The notes under the pieces are model-generated. The model saw only the letters and a program-made list of their open reading frames with translations, had not been told where the DNA came from and did not search any database. Source: Atractiella rhizophila (Eukaryota). Taken from it: DNA of 33,465 nt. The position numbers were made by a program, and so were the translations under genes. Location of the stretch: contig MU271599.1 in the NCBI GenBank assembly GCA_021432655.1, positions 7,174-40,638 of the forward strand. The letters are read 5' to 3'. Every line of letters starts with the position of its first letter. Position 1 is the stretch's first letter. This document shows, in pieces, positions 22,791 to 33,465 of the stretch.

Positions 22791-23173
22791 TTGTCAACGA
22801 CGGCAGGCATTCCATCTTCCTCTGTTTTCCGGGACCACGGAGTGGTGAATCATATCCTTGTGAAGAATGAGCTCAGCAGTCCGTATGTCTCTATGTCAGG
22901 GGTCGTCGTTGAGAACATTCTACAGCGCATCACTAGGTACAGATTGAACGCATTATGGTGTCACATAAGTTCTGAGAGGCATGACAGATGTCAAGAGCTG
23001 CTGAGGACATTACAATGCCTTGCGGTGAATGGGAATGGAGTGAAGTCGTCCTGAGCTTAAATGAAAAGGAAAGTGTCTAAGGAGAACACACGAACAACAC
23101 CACGATGCATTACAAGTCTCGCAACATGAAACAAAGACTCAACTCATAATTTACCCATTACAGCTTAAAGATA

Positions 23174-23779
23174 TCACTCCTCTTCGACCCAACGCTCAGC
23201 TAAATCCCCAATGATTGGCAGTCTAAACTTTTCCAAGTCCGGTGCTTCTTTGAACGCTCTTCTCGCAAGATACACCACCGCTGCAATATCACAAGGGATA
23301 AGGAGGTATTGAAACCACTTTGGGAATATAAGGAGGAAGAAAGCGTGAAGGGAAAGTATGATGATGTCCAGCAGGAGGGATTGGTAGGCGTGAAATCGGA
23401 CGTGTGAAGAATGGGTCTCCAGTATAAGTAGCGGAATAGCTACACCAAAAGAGAAGCATAATGAACACCCGTGCGTGCCTCAGGAATAGAGAAACACACC
23501 TGTGATGACCCCACCTATGTACGCAACGCCACTTTCCACATCAATCCGCCAACCAAACCTCGTCTCCCAAGCATCCGCCGCTTCGCCATTTCCAAACTGT
23601 GCATTCGGTACCCCTCCACCAGAGTGATAGCCCGAATAAGCGGTGGGAAGGGTCTGTTGAGAACTTGATGCGAACCACGCCGGACGCTTCTGACTCGTTA
23701 AGAATGGGGTTTTCGAGGTTGAAGTGATATCTGGAGGGTCAGAATATGGCGCAAAATTGAGGCTGCTGGTCCCTGCCAT
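23174..23779 (-). CDS. Small integral membrane protein, UPF0132/DUF4870-like
   Basis: MAGTSSLNFAPYSDPPD...WETRFGWRIDVESGVAY, one intron (about 23498-23441), then LLILETHSSHVRFHAYQS, hydrophobic segments and FRLPIIGDLAERWVEEE*. Confidence 0.8.
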
Positions 23780-23913
23780 TCGTGATCTCAAGTGTAAGTT
23801 CGCGGTTGGACTGCTGTTGATTGAAAGGAGACGTTGCGTCACACTTCCCACCGCCCGTCCGGAAAGAGTCATGAGAAGCTAAACTAACATGAGACATGAG
23901 TACACATTGACGA
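23780..23913. promoter_or_regulatory. Very short bidirectional promoter region between the UPF0132-like gene and NTH1
   Basis: Divergent ATGs at 23779 (-) and 23914 (+) are separated by only 134 bp. Confidence 0.55.
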
Positions 23914-25265
23914 ATGGCTTCCAAAGGTGCACGATTAACGCGTTCAGCTCGCTCGGCTTCTTCCCCCTTATCTTCCCCATCACCTCCTCCAGTGAAACCC
24001 AAGAAGCGGCGCGCTCCGAGCGCTGCCTCACCTGCGAAATCAGCAAAGAAGCCGAAGATCGTTCTCTCGCTCGCAACTCCGCATCCTGAGCCCGAAAGAT
24101 GGCAAGAGGTCTACGAACTTATCAGAGTGCAAAGGGAAGGCATTGTGGCACCTGTCGACACTATGGGATGCGAGCGTGCGGGAGTCGTTGAAGGAGAGGT
24201 AGCGAGCGAAAGAGTACGCCTGTCGAGCCACAATTTTCATTGCTGACAAATGGAGAAGGATATGCGATTTCGGAAACTGTGCGCTTTCATCTCTTTAGAA
24301 ACATCTCACCCCCCCACTGCTGACATTTCTTTGTCGAGTCAGAATATCTCTACTTCTGTCCTCCCAAACAAAAGACGAAGTAACGGCTGCCGCGATCGCA
24401 AACCTCATTCGCACTCTTCCCAATGGGCTCTGTCTCGAGTCTGTTCTCTTAACACCGGAAGAAGACCTTGCGGCGTGTATCAACAAGGTTGGATTTTGGA
24501 GGCGGAAGGCTGGATACATGAAAGGCGTAGCTCAAATGCTCAAGGACAAATTCGACGGAGAGGTCCCAAAAACAGTGGAAGAACTTGTGTCTCTACCTGG
24601 AGTGGGACCTAAGATGGCATTTGCGAGTCTATTTCGATGCCTGTGAACGATTATCTAAGAATCTCGAACAGCTCTGCCTGCAATCCGCTTGGAAGTTAAA
24701 TCTTGGAATAGGAGTAGACACACATGTCAGTTCTTCTGCTACTTCTATAGCGAGAGGAAAATTTGAGATAGACATAGGTACACCGGATAACGAATCGCTT
24801 AGGATGGCACAAACCTCCAACTACCGACCCTGAGAAGACGCGTCTCAACCTTGAATCATGGCTTCCCAAAGAACTACATCCGCACATCAACAAAATGCTT
24901 GTTGGTTTTGGTGAGCATTGCCTCTTATCTACTCAGATTGTGTGTTGATACTAGCCCCTACAGGGCAAAAAATATGCCTCCCTGTTGGCCCAAAATGTGG
25001 AGAATGTGCCGTAGGCGACCAAGGATTGTGTCCCAGTCGACAGGATGAGAAGAAGCGAAAGAAAAAGGTGGTAGTCATCAAGCAAGAAACCAAGCTCAAG
25101 CTCGAGCCAGAAGAAGAGAAAAACGGGCCGCAAGTAAAGATTGAGGTGGAGCGAGAGGAGAGAGTGAAGGAGGAAGAAGAACATGAGTTGTTAGGTGAAC
25201 AACAAGGTGAAAAGGTGACAGTGAAGAAGGAAGCGGAACATATTGTTCGGAGCAAGTATTTCTAA
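23914..25265 (+). CDS. NTH1: Endonuclease III-like DNA glycosylase/AP lyase
   Basis: [25 protein letters not shown], HhH motif LPGVGPKMA (catalytic Lys), [11 protein letters not shown] (catalytic Asp), LVGFG|Q and 4Fe-4S motif [19 protein letters not shown]. Confidence 0.95.
24623..24671 (+). other. Non-canonical GC-AG intron in NTH1
   Basis: Donor TTT|GCGAGT with acceptor AACAG gives GPKMAF|LCLQSAW. The nearby GT at 24627 is out of frame. Confidence 0.78.
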
Positions 25266-26110
25266 CGCCATCCACTCTCAGTTATTCTTTGCTCCCATTC
25301 TCAGCATGTACACTCGTATCATCAACCTAATCCTTAATATTTAGTGCAGCCTAAATGGCCGAAAATGAACGTAGAATAAAAACCGACAGAACATTATCAT
25401 CGTCAGATTATAATTTTTACATAACCAGAGCAGGGATCTAAGTAGTAAGACTTGCAAAGCAACTGGGCGACATAAAAAGCCACATGATTTACCAAATTTT
25501 CAACCTCCGTCAAATATCTCAGTCTAACCTTCGCCACCTTCGCCATGTATACCGAATTGCACAGAATTTTGGATTATCTTGGCTTGGCTGGAACTTTGGG
25601 ATAAGAGAATTGACAGTATCTGGGAAGAAACAACAAATCAACATCACACCATGATTGCTTGCTCAATATTTGAATCCCGTAAACTTTTTGCCTTTCTACT
25701 TCTTTCTTTGCCCTCCTTAGCACCACCCCCACTTTACCCTGGCCAATAGCCAACTTTAATGCGCTGAGTCACGATCATCGTTTTCAACAAGCTTCGCCTT
25801 GTCCTCAAACTCAACCACCACCACACAAGGTCCCAAAGCTGCCGACAAGGGCTTTGTGAGCCTTTGAGGGGCTATAAACCTCAACGCTTCGTCTAACATT
25901 TCCAAACTGCTGCTGCCTTATCGATTTCTTTCGGTTATTTGGGGCAAATAGGTCCCACCAATCTCGCATACACATCCGATCATCTGAACAGCAAACTCCT
26001 CCAACCCTTCCGGACTTTCTTTTCCTTTGCGTTTTTCTTCAATTGAGTGGACGGTTCGCAAGCGAATTTACGAACGACCAAGACTGATTGTGGCAGCGAA
26101 ATTGCGAAGG

Positions 26111-27918
26111 ATGCCTTTCGATCCTCTTAAATCGTTCAAGACTAGCAAGTCAAAGTTTACATCGTTGTTGGGCGGAGTGCAAGAGTTATGGACATTGAAG
26201 AAGGATGATCAGAAGGACAGAAAGGTCTTGCTCAAGAAGCAGAAAAAGGAAGAGGCAAGGAGCGGGAAGGTGTCGAAGCATGGTGAGCATCCTTTATCAT
26301 CTACTAGATGGGTGGTTGGATTGCAGAGGAAACACTCGATTCTCTTCATTCCGTTGAAAGTTCTGAGCAAGAGCTAATTTTGCTTTGTAGCCATATCTCT
26401 ACCTTATTCCCCTCTGTCCATCGACGATAATCAAGATCCCCTCAATACCTCCTCAGGAATAGAGGTGCTGGACCTGGCGAAATGCTTTTCCCAGCTTTCT
26501 CTCTTCGAATCCGACGACGAGGGGATGTCCCACCCTTCCGCATCTGACGACGACACCCTGGCATCGAACGGCGGCTTTTCCTACTTTTCGACCTTGGCGA
26601 GGACCGACACCGACGATACCCAGATGACCTCGGTTACAAGCTCTCCCCAGCTTTACAATGAATCGAGCACAGCAGAATCCAGCGCTGCACCTTCCATCCG
26701 GCCGCGACGCAGCCGTTCCGTTTTGATGAAGCGAAAGAGTTCAGAGGATTCGGGCTATCATTCGATCGTCAGGAAAAGAAAGGCCGCCGAGTTTGAAGAA
26801 GACGCAGCGTCGACTGTGGCCGTAGAGACCACTAGGGATGTGAAGAAACGACGAACTATTGCCTCCAGCCTATCGGCTATCACCAAGCCTCTTATGTCAC
26901 GTCGACGCCGCACTGCAGGTACTCGTAGACCCGCCATCCTCCAGCCTATCATTTTGTTCTTTCCCGTCGCCTCATCGTCAAAAGGTGTGATGAAAGAGCA
27001 AGAGCAAGAACAAGATAAACCTACTGTTCCGCTCCCGAGGAGGGCGAGGAGGAGAGTTCGAGTATCAGGATGTATACCCGCCGAGGAAGGTAGTAAGGAC
27101 GATACGCGATTAGGTTCTGATCTTCAGGAGCAAGCGGATCTCGCTTCGTTCGTGAAGGCAGAACTGTTAGCGTTCGTGCACTACAAGGAACCCGAAGTGG
27201 AGTTGGATAGTGAAGGGAAAGCGGTGATGAATAAAGGCACCGATTTGCCTTCCCTCCAACATTACATCGTGAGTTGTTTCTCTCTCCCTTAGAGACAATT
27301 TATTCACTGGTCCTCTAGCATCAAATCATCACTAGCTTCCCAACACCCCGCGCTACGGTATTTCACACCTTATCCCTCCTCCACCGGCTACATCGCTTCC
27401 ATTCTCCTGACGGCCTCCCTACCCCACTTCCCTACTCCCCGCATTTCCTCTTCCTCCACCTCTTCATTATCGCCTTCTCTTTCGACGTCGACTCGACAGC
27501 GTACAAATTCCGGGAGTGGGCGTTGGCCTCTTCTGACCTCTATTCTGCCTCTTCCATCTGTAGTGCTACCATTGAGCTAGTCAACAAACTCGACAGCTTA
27601 CGGTTTACCCTTGAAGAACTCGAGGAGTGGAATACGGCCTTTGCCAAGATGAGGAAAGAAGTATTGAGGAAGAGGGCGGGCGAGGAACCGGTCTATCATG
27701 GCGTCGAAACCAAATGCATCATTCAGGAGAAAGAGATCATACGATCGAATGGTGTCGGAGTCCCGAGGCTGGATCCTTTTCGTGATACAAAGTTGGAGAA
27801 GAAGAAGAGAGTGGACATGGATGCGTCTGCTATCGCGGAATCGAGCAGGAATGAAGAGAAGGCGCCATCACCTTTCAGAGGGAAAGGGACAATGAGGCGC
27901 AGGGGGCTGAGGAGGTAG
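26111..27918 (+). CDS. Three-exon protein with a disordered basic/Ser-rich N-terminus and a divergent Pcl/Pho80-like cyclin box
   Basis: Exons 26111-26283, 26391-27268 and 27319-27918 join in frame through GT-AG introns. The C-terminal half LPSLQHYIHQII...TLSLLHRL...HFLFLHLFIIAFSF..D...WA....LY....I....ELVNKLDSLRFTLEEL matches the Pcl cyclin-box helix pattern by eye. Confidence 0.7.
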
Positions 27919-28579
27919 ATTCCGTCGAAAATGAAGACAGTCGCATCGTCGAGTTATCGTTCGCATTCCGCCTTTCGTCGTCATCTGTTCGCATCTACAC
28001 AACTCGTCGTTCTTCTTCGACTGACATTCACATTTCTTCGTCCTATGTTTTCTTCATGTCGCTACAGACACTTTACCCTCGTGTTTCTGTCTTGTCATAC
28101 CACCATCGATCTCTCACCCCATCTAGCACTCGGAATACCTCATCTCATGTTGTGATTTAGACCTGACATATTCAGGACTCCCTTTCCTTCATTCCCTTTT
28201 CCTCTTCACCATTCTCGAACTGCCTAAGGGTTTGAGTCTCCTTCTAGTTTGCAATCTTTTTCTTTCTTTCCACTGATCATGTTGATTTGTCCAACAAGTC
28301 TACGTTGCAGGAAGTGTCTCATCTTTCAGTGTCAGTGTCCACAATGTGCAATGATCTAGTTGTTGTTTCTTCTCTCAGAATTCCAAGGTCCGCCTGCACA
28401 AGGTTTAAAACATCAAAGAGCTATACACAACATTTCAAGTGAAGCGAGTTACAAACATAGTGAACCGTGAACAAAGGGTATCCAAATCCTCAATGGCGAA
28501 AAAATAAACAACTCAAACAATTTAACATCATGATAATGGAAGTGGTATTAAATAGATATCCACGCTAGCTCCATCCCGT

Positions 28580-29860
28580 TCAAGTCGTCGATGGACTCAG
28601 AGGTACCATCTCGACTCGACTCGCCTCCACCGTCATCCGGTCCTTCTTCCTCTCGTCATAGCTCACATTCACGACCTCTGTATCTCTCTCATGCGTTGTC
28701 GGCGCCGCAGAGGCAGCTGGCGGAGGTTCAATCCAGTCGGCAGGGACGAGGCATGGAAAAGATTTGCCGAACCAGGCGGCTCCTGGTGTCAAATTCTCGT
28801 GTTCAATGCTAAACTTGAAAGAAGGAGAAACAACGCACGATTGAGCCAACCAGGTGCACGACGGCCAGTTAGCTTGTAAGCGAGCTCGGATGTAAACGTA
28901 TTACAGTTACTAATCTCAACTCATCAACTTTTGTGGGAATCAGGAAGGAGGAACAAACTTGGTCAACAACTCGTATCTGTTCCCTCTCCACCTCTCCTCA
29001 CTCCTCATTCCCTCCACAACCTTTAGAGCCCTCTTCAACCCCTCCATTCCCTTCGTGGGCAGTTCATCCTCCCACCCTCCCTCGTCTTCTCCGTACCGTT
29101 CGCTCGAAGCGCCATTCGTCAAAGGAGCGGTCGAGTGCACGGATGAAGCTGTTGTGTTTGTCCTTGTGGTGCCAGTGGTGAGGGTAGAGAGTCGTCTCTT
29201 GCTCCCCCATTCGTCGACGTCGTCAAGAGACTCAGTAGAGTCGAGCACAAAGTTAGACATCGGTACGTCTGTGAAGGAGCGATGGGGATAGTCGTATGAG
29301 TCGGCGGTTGAAGAAGTTGTATTCTGGCGTGAAGGAGGGAGTAGTGAGTCTGCTCGTTGTGGAGGGGACTGAGTTGGTCCTTCCGAACCTGAAATGAGGT
29401 TTGAAGTCGAATTAGCCTCATTACGGTTCCCCAACTTCCTCAATCCCTTCACTTCCTTTCCCTCTTCCCCACGGTCCAAACTTCTCTTCCTCTTCAGATT
29501 CTTCCCTCCTCTCCCAAACTCCTTCTCCCACTGCTCTCCGAAACATTCACCAACTTCCAAATCCATATACCACCTTAATTTCATCGCCCCTCCACTTCCA
29601 TAGGGTCCAGTCACGAACACACCCGTGAAATCCTCGTCGTGTCCGCCATAAGCAAATTCCAAAGGTGGGACCATCCCTGGAAACAGGATAGCCGTGTGAT
29701 GTATTCCGAAACCGGAGAAATTGAGCAAGGTGCCGAGGGTGGAAGGAGGCAGGAGGTCGTACACTCTGATAATGAGTCGGACTGGAGAAGAAGAGGAAAG
29801 TGTAGAGCCGATGCCGGTTAACGAAGGAAACGGTGGGCCTGGTTGGGAGTCTTGCATCAT
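28580..29860 (-). CDS. PPPDE/DeSI family deSUMOylating/deubiquitinating isopeptidase (DUF862)
   Basis: VYDL, GIHHTA (His), EFAYGGH and TGVF, then W.GNRYELLT|NNCNTF (Cys) and PGWLNR|AAWFGKSFPCLVP. Two introns near the 3' end; start MMQDSQP at 29860. Confidence 0.9.
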
Positions 29861-31117
29861 GGAACAGTGGAAGTCTGTGAGAATAACCGCGGTGCAAGCG
29901 TGACCGTAGGAGAGATTGATGTTAAAGTCAAAGTCCGCAACTTGGGAAGATACTGCTACCCCAAAATTGTTAGCATTACAGATAAGCAACTAGAGGGCAA
30001 TGTCATGTTTCCTGTTGGAGACTCTTGCCTCCCCTCTTGTTTAAATTGTCATACATTTCACATGCAAGCATCAATACATTCAATGTAATTTCTAGCCAAC
30101 TCCTTAGAACTGGAATTCTTCCAGCTCCATTGCTGACCTCAGGGTCCATTTCATGCCTGAAGCAGATGGAACGGGATAATGCACAGTAATGGCTGGAGCA
30201 GGATTTAACACCTGATTGAGCAAATGGTATAGACCACGTTAAACGTGCTCGACGGCTCAGGATGCAGAGGAGTATCGCTTCAAATGAGGCGCAATACTGA
30301 GATATTGGCCGGACCAATCTTTCCCGCACATGTCGCTTGACAAAGAGCAACATACGGATATGTTTCTGTGTCGCGCCACGCTACCCCGCTTGAATCAAGC
30401 TTCAACGTCCCACTGAACAGTCTGTTTAATATGGTTTCTTCTGGATGGACTTCTGAACAGAATGTATGTTGCGAGACAGCTGTGAATCCCTGGCGTTAGG
30501 CGATGCACACCGAGCGACGGAGCGATAAGGTAAAAGTGAATGAAACAGCAAGAGCGGAGGTGGTAGGATGCGTGAAACTTCGGGCTGGCTTTTAAAGGCA
30601 GAGCTGGGAGAAGTATTGAGCACAGCGGGAGAGACGTTCGTGGACTGAAGTTGCTCGCACGTGACTCTCCTTTCCTTCCTGATCGACGAAGACGAAATCA
30701 GCATAATATCAGGGCAACCCTTCCTTCGAGGATATTTCTTCATTGGTTCTCTGGCTGCTGGGTATTGAAATAAGTAATAATGCTGAAGGGCAGTAAGCGC
30801 GATGGTCACCAAGATCATGCATACTTCTTCAGCTACAACTACTGTAAGGAAATGGAAATTCAAAGGAGTGCGCAGTGCGCATATGTCGGTCTCCCCTTTG
30901 CAGTGTGCACGCCGGGAGGTCTTGCTTCCTACAGAGGGTTCCCGAGTCTCGAGCTGGATCTCGTACACAAAGAGGGTGATTACTGCTAGCCACTATTCCT
31001 GGCAGTATTCCGCCTGATTCGACATCTTCCACGGCCATAAACTGAAAGTGAGGTAATGAACTTGCAAACCACCATCTAAACCCCTTTCGCATTTTGGCCC
31101 ATCTACATCTTTGCAAT

Positions 31118-32526
31118 ATGGCTACGTTCGTTGAAGACCTAGCTATCACGAAACATCACGATGTGTACCCTGGAATTGCCTTAGAAAATCACCCGCAGAC
31201 AGGACGTGTTGTTCTCGTCACAGGAGCATCCAAGTGAGCATCGTTCTTCTTGCTGCCTTGCTGGCTCGATCAGACGGGCAGCATTTCTGATCGATTGGTG
31301 AAGAGGGATAGGAAGAGCTACAGCACTTGCTTTTGCCCGTGCGGGTTGCTCAGCCGTTGTTCTCCTCGCACGTAACGAGGACTCCCTCGAAGACGCCAAA
31401 AAGGAAATTGAAGGATCAGTCGATGGCGTGCAGGTAGTGACGCAGAGGACGGATGTAACAAAGAGCGATGAGGTGAAGCGGGCTGTGCAGGAATGTGTCG
31501 AGAGATTTGGTAAGATCGATGTCGTGGTGAGGTGGGTGTGCTCATCCACTGTGGACTTATGGCTTAACGATGTATCAGCAACGCTGGTGCTAATCATGTC
31601 CCCACGAAGAGTGCGTCTTTTCCTCATTAACGCTGTCTCTTATGTTGATGACGTTGTCAGTTGCGGATATGGACCCAGACGTGCGTCGATAACTCTTTGG
31701 GCTTTGGACAAGTGACAGATTAGCTAATGTAGGAATGGTGGAGCGTTTGGGAAGCAAACGTAAAATGTACGAACTCCTGTTGCTGTCACTAGTTGAAGGC
31801 AAATCTGACACCTCTCCCGTTTAGCGAATTATGTGGTTGCGCATCACACAATTCCACATCTGTTGAAAACAAAAGGTAGGTGCTCTTCGCATTTAATGTC
31901 ACCATCATGCATCAGGATTAATCGACGACTGGGTGCTGTAGGTTACTTTATCTGCGTGGGCAGCCTAGCGGCGCAAAACCGATGGATCGGTTCGTCTGTT
32001 CATCATAGCCCTTTCTACAAGCGTGATGAGTTCACATTTCTTTTGGATGGGATGAAGGCCGGAGCGCATATCAGACGTCCAAGCATGCACTCAACCGATT
32101 CATCGAGTTCTTCCCTCTCGAATACGGAGACGACGTAAAAGCAATAGTTCTTCATCCGGGTGCAATCAAGTAAGTCTTACCCTCCTTCTTCCATCCATTC
32201 CTACCAAACTACTAAAGACTTCGTCGATGCTTACTCTTGTTGGTGGGGAAGGACGGGGCTTGCTGCTGCTAACCCTGCGATCCAAGCTTTTCTAATTGAC
32301 ACCTTAGAACTGGCAGCCGGTATGATCTCTTCCTCGTTATTGTTGTACAGGATGACCATGTGGACCTGTAGGCACGATTATACGCCTGACGAGCGGAAAG
32401 CACGATTGGCTAAACGGTCGCTTCGTGAACGCAACTTGGGATCTAGATGAGTTGAACGGAATGAAGGATGAGATATTATCTATGAATGGCCTCAGGAATC
32501 GATTGAACCTTCCAAAGGAAGCGTGA
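31118..32526 (+). CDS. Classical short-chain dehydrogenase/reductase (about 10 exons)
   Basis: HHDVYPGI, VLVTGASK|GIGRA, DVTKSDEV, FGKIDVVV|NAG, catalytic S...SAYQTSK, LHPGAI and WLNGRFVNATWDLDEL, with TGA at 32524-32526. Confidence 0.92.
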
Positions 32527-32669
32527 TAATCAGCCATCAAGGAGCAGTTAAACATGAATGGGATTCATTGACATATTTGTTCATTTATTTCCTTGACAAA
32601 ACAAAGAATGTAGAGTGTAACATTACATGATTGAGTGTTTGTTGTATGAAGCACAATTTAGGATTTGTT

Positions 32670-33465
32670 CTATCGAATGTACACTTTGATGAAAGGGACC
32701 TGGGGCGAGCATTAGTATACCCAAGGCGAGAGTGTGGGTCGTAACACGCACCTCAACGTCCTCACCATCCCTTCCGTCGGCCATTATCTCGACTGTGATA
32801 GCCTTGACATGTGGTGGAATGGGTTTTCTACCCACACTTTCTACGAGTTCACTCATCCTAAATCGTCACCATCAATACTAGCCATACTGGAGGAATGAAA
32901 TTAACGGACTTCATCTTCAACCGATCTTCCTTCTTTGCCTTGGGCATGAACATGGCGTAAAGCATTGATACTCCGCTGCTCATCATCGTGACTTCAAGCT
33001 CGTGCTTATCTGCGAAGATCTTAATCAACTCCGCCAGGGTCACATCTCCCTTGATCTCGAAACGATCCCAGAGAGACCATTCAACATCGTTGTACTGCCG
33101 GCCAGGAATGAGACAAGGATCCCCTCTGAAGCACCAAAACTAACCTTGTTCTTCTTTGCAGCAATGGGCTCTGAGAATCCGAAGAAAGGAAGCGCCAAAT
33201 TGACGAAGCCGTTCTTGTAATCCTCCAGCTTGTTCTTCCCATCGAGAAACTTGTAAAGCTCCAGGCAAACTAGGCCAGTCGCCAGCGCCGTAGTAGTAGC
33301 GATAGCGGGGATAATCTTTCCAGCGACAAGCTTAGTCTTATGTTTATCGGCGATGCCAATGCCATAATTGATCGCTCGGAGGTTGGAGGCAGCAGTGATA
33401 AAGTCCATGTGGAAGTTTGTGTCGTCGTCCTTCTCAAACTCTACTGGGTGAAGTCTGAAGCCAAC
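32670..33465 (-). CDS. UBA1: Ubiquitin-activating enzyme E1, 3' part (5' end outside the window)
   Basis: [73 protein letters not shown] and [14 protein letters not shown] (stop 32670-32672). Confidence 0.97.

Noticed and set aside
30426..30968. 180-aa minus-strand ORF upstream of the SDR
   Set aside because: Non-ATG start, no motifs, no convincing splice structure or codon pattern; probably promoter or intergenic DNA.
10891..32526. Metabolic gene cluster (TenA, NiCoT, SDR)
   Set aside because: The genes are interspersed with unrelated housekeeping genes, with no backbone enzyme, urease or pathway regulator.
1..33465. tRNA, rRNA, CRISPR arrays, LTRs or TIR elements
   Set aside because: No T-loop or cloverleaf, regularly spaced repeats or long terminal repeats were seen by eye; tRNAscan-SE and a repeat scan would be needed to exclude them.

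Overview
Gene-dense, intron-rich eukaryotic DNA from a basidiomycete fungus. The short GT-AG introns (mostly 45-80 nt) and the gene content suggest Pucciniomycotina. The intronless F-box-like family resembles one I recall as expanded in Atractiella, which is unverified. By manual splicing I find about 17 protein-coding loci: a secreted Ser/Thr-rich protein (truncated), PEX16, a secreted alpha/beta hydrolase, VPS54, a TenA_E/PET18-like protein, SPT3 (with a 25-N gap), a NiCoT nickel permease, a loosenin/RlpA-like DPBB protein, two tandem intronless F-box-like/LRR-like paralogs (the second frameshifted), a pre-SET/SET/post-SET methyltransferase, a small UPF0132/DUF4870-like membrane protein, NTH1, a protein with a degenerate Pcl/Pho80-type cyclin box, a PPPDE/DeSI isopeptidase, an SDR and the 3' end of UBA1. 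I recognised no tRNA, rRNA, CRISPR array or intact transposon. The best leads are the cyclin-like protein apparently lacking the CDK-binding Lys/Glu and the tandem intronless family with an uncharacterised N-terminal domain before an internal F-box. Secondary leads are the stand-alone SETMAR/SUVR3-like enzyme, CpG-depleted relics, two GC-AG introns and several micro-exons. All calls were made by eye with no database searches, and I cannot claim a clearly new multi-gene system.
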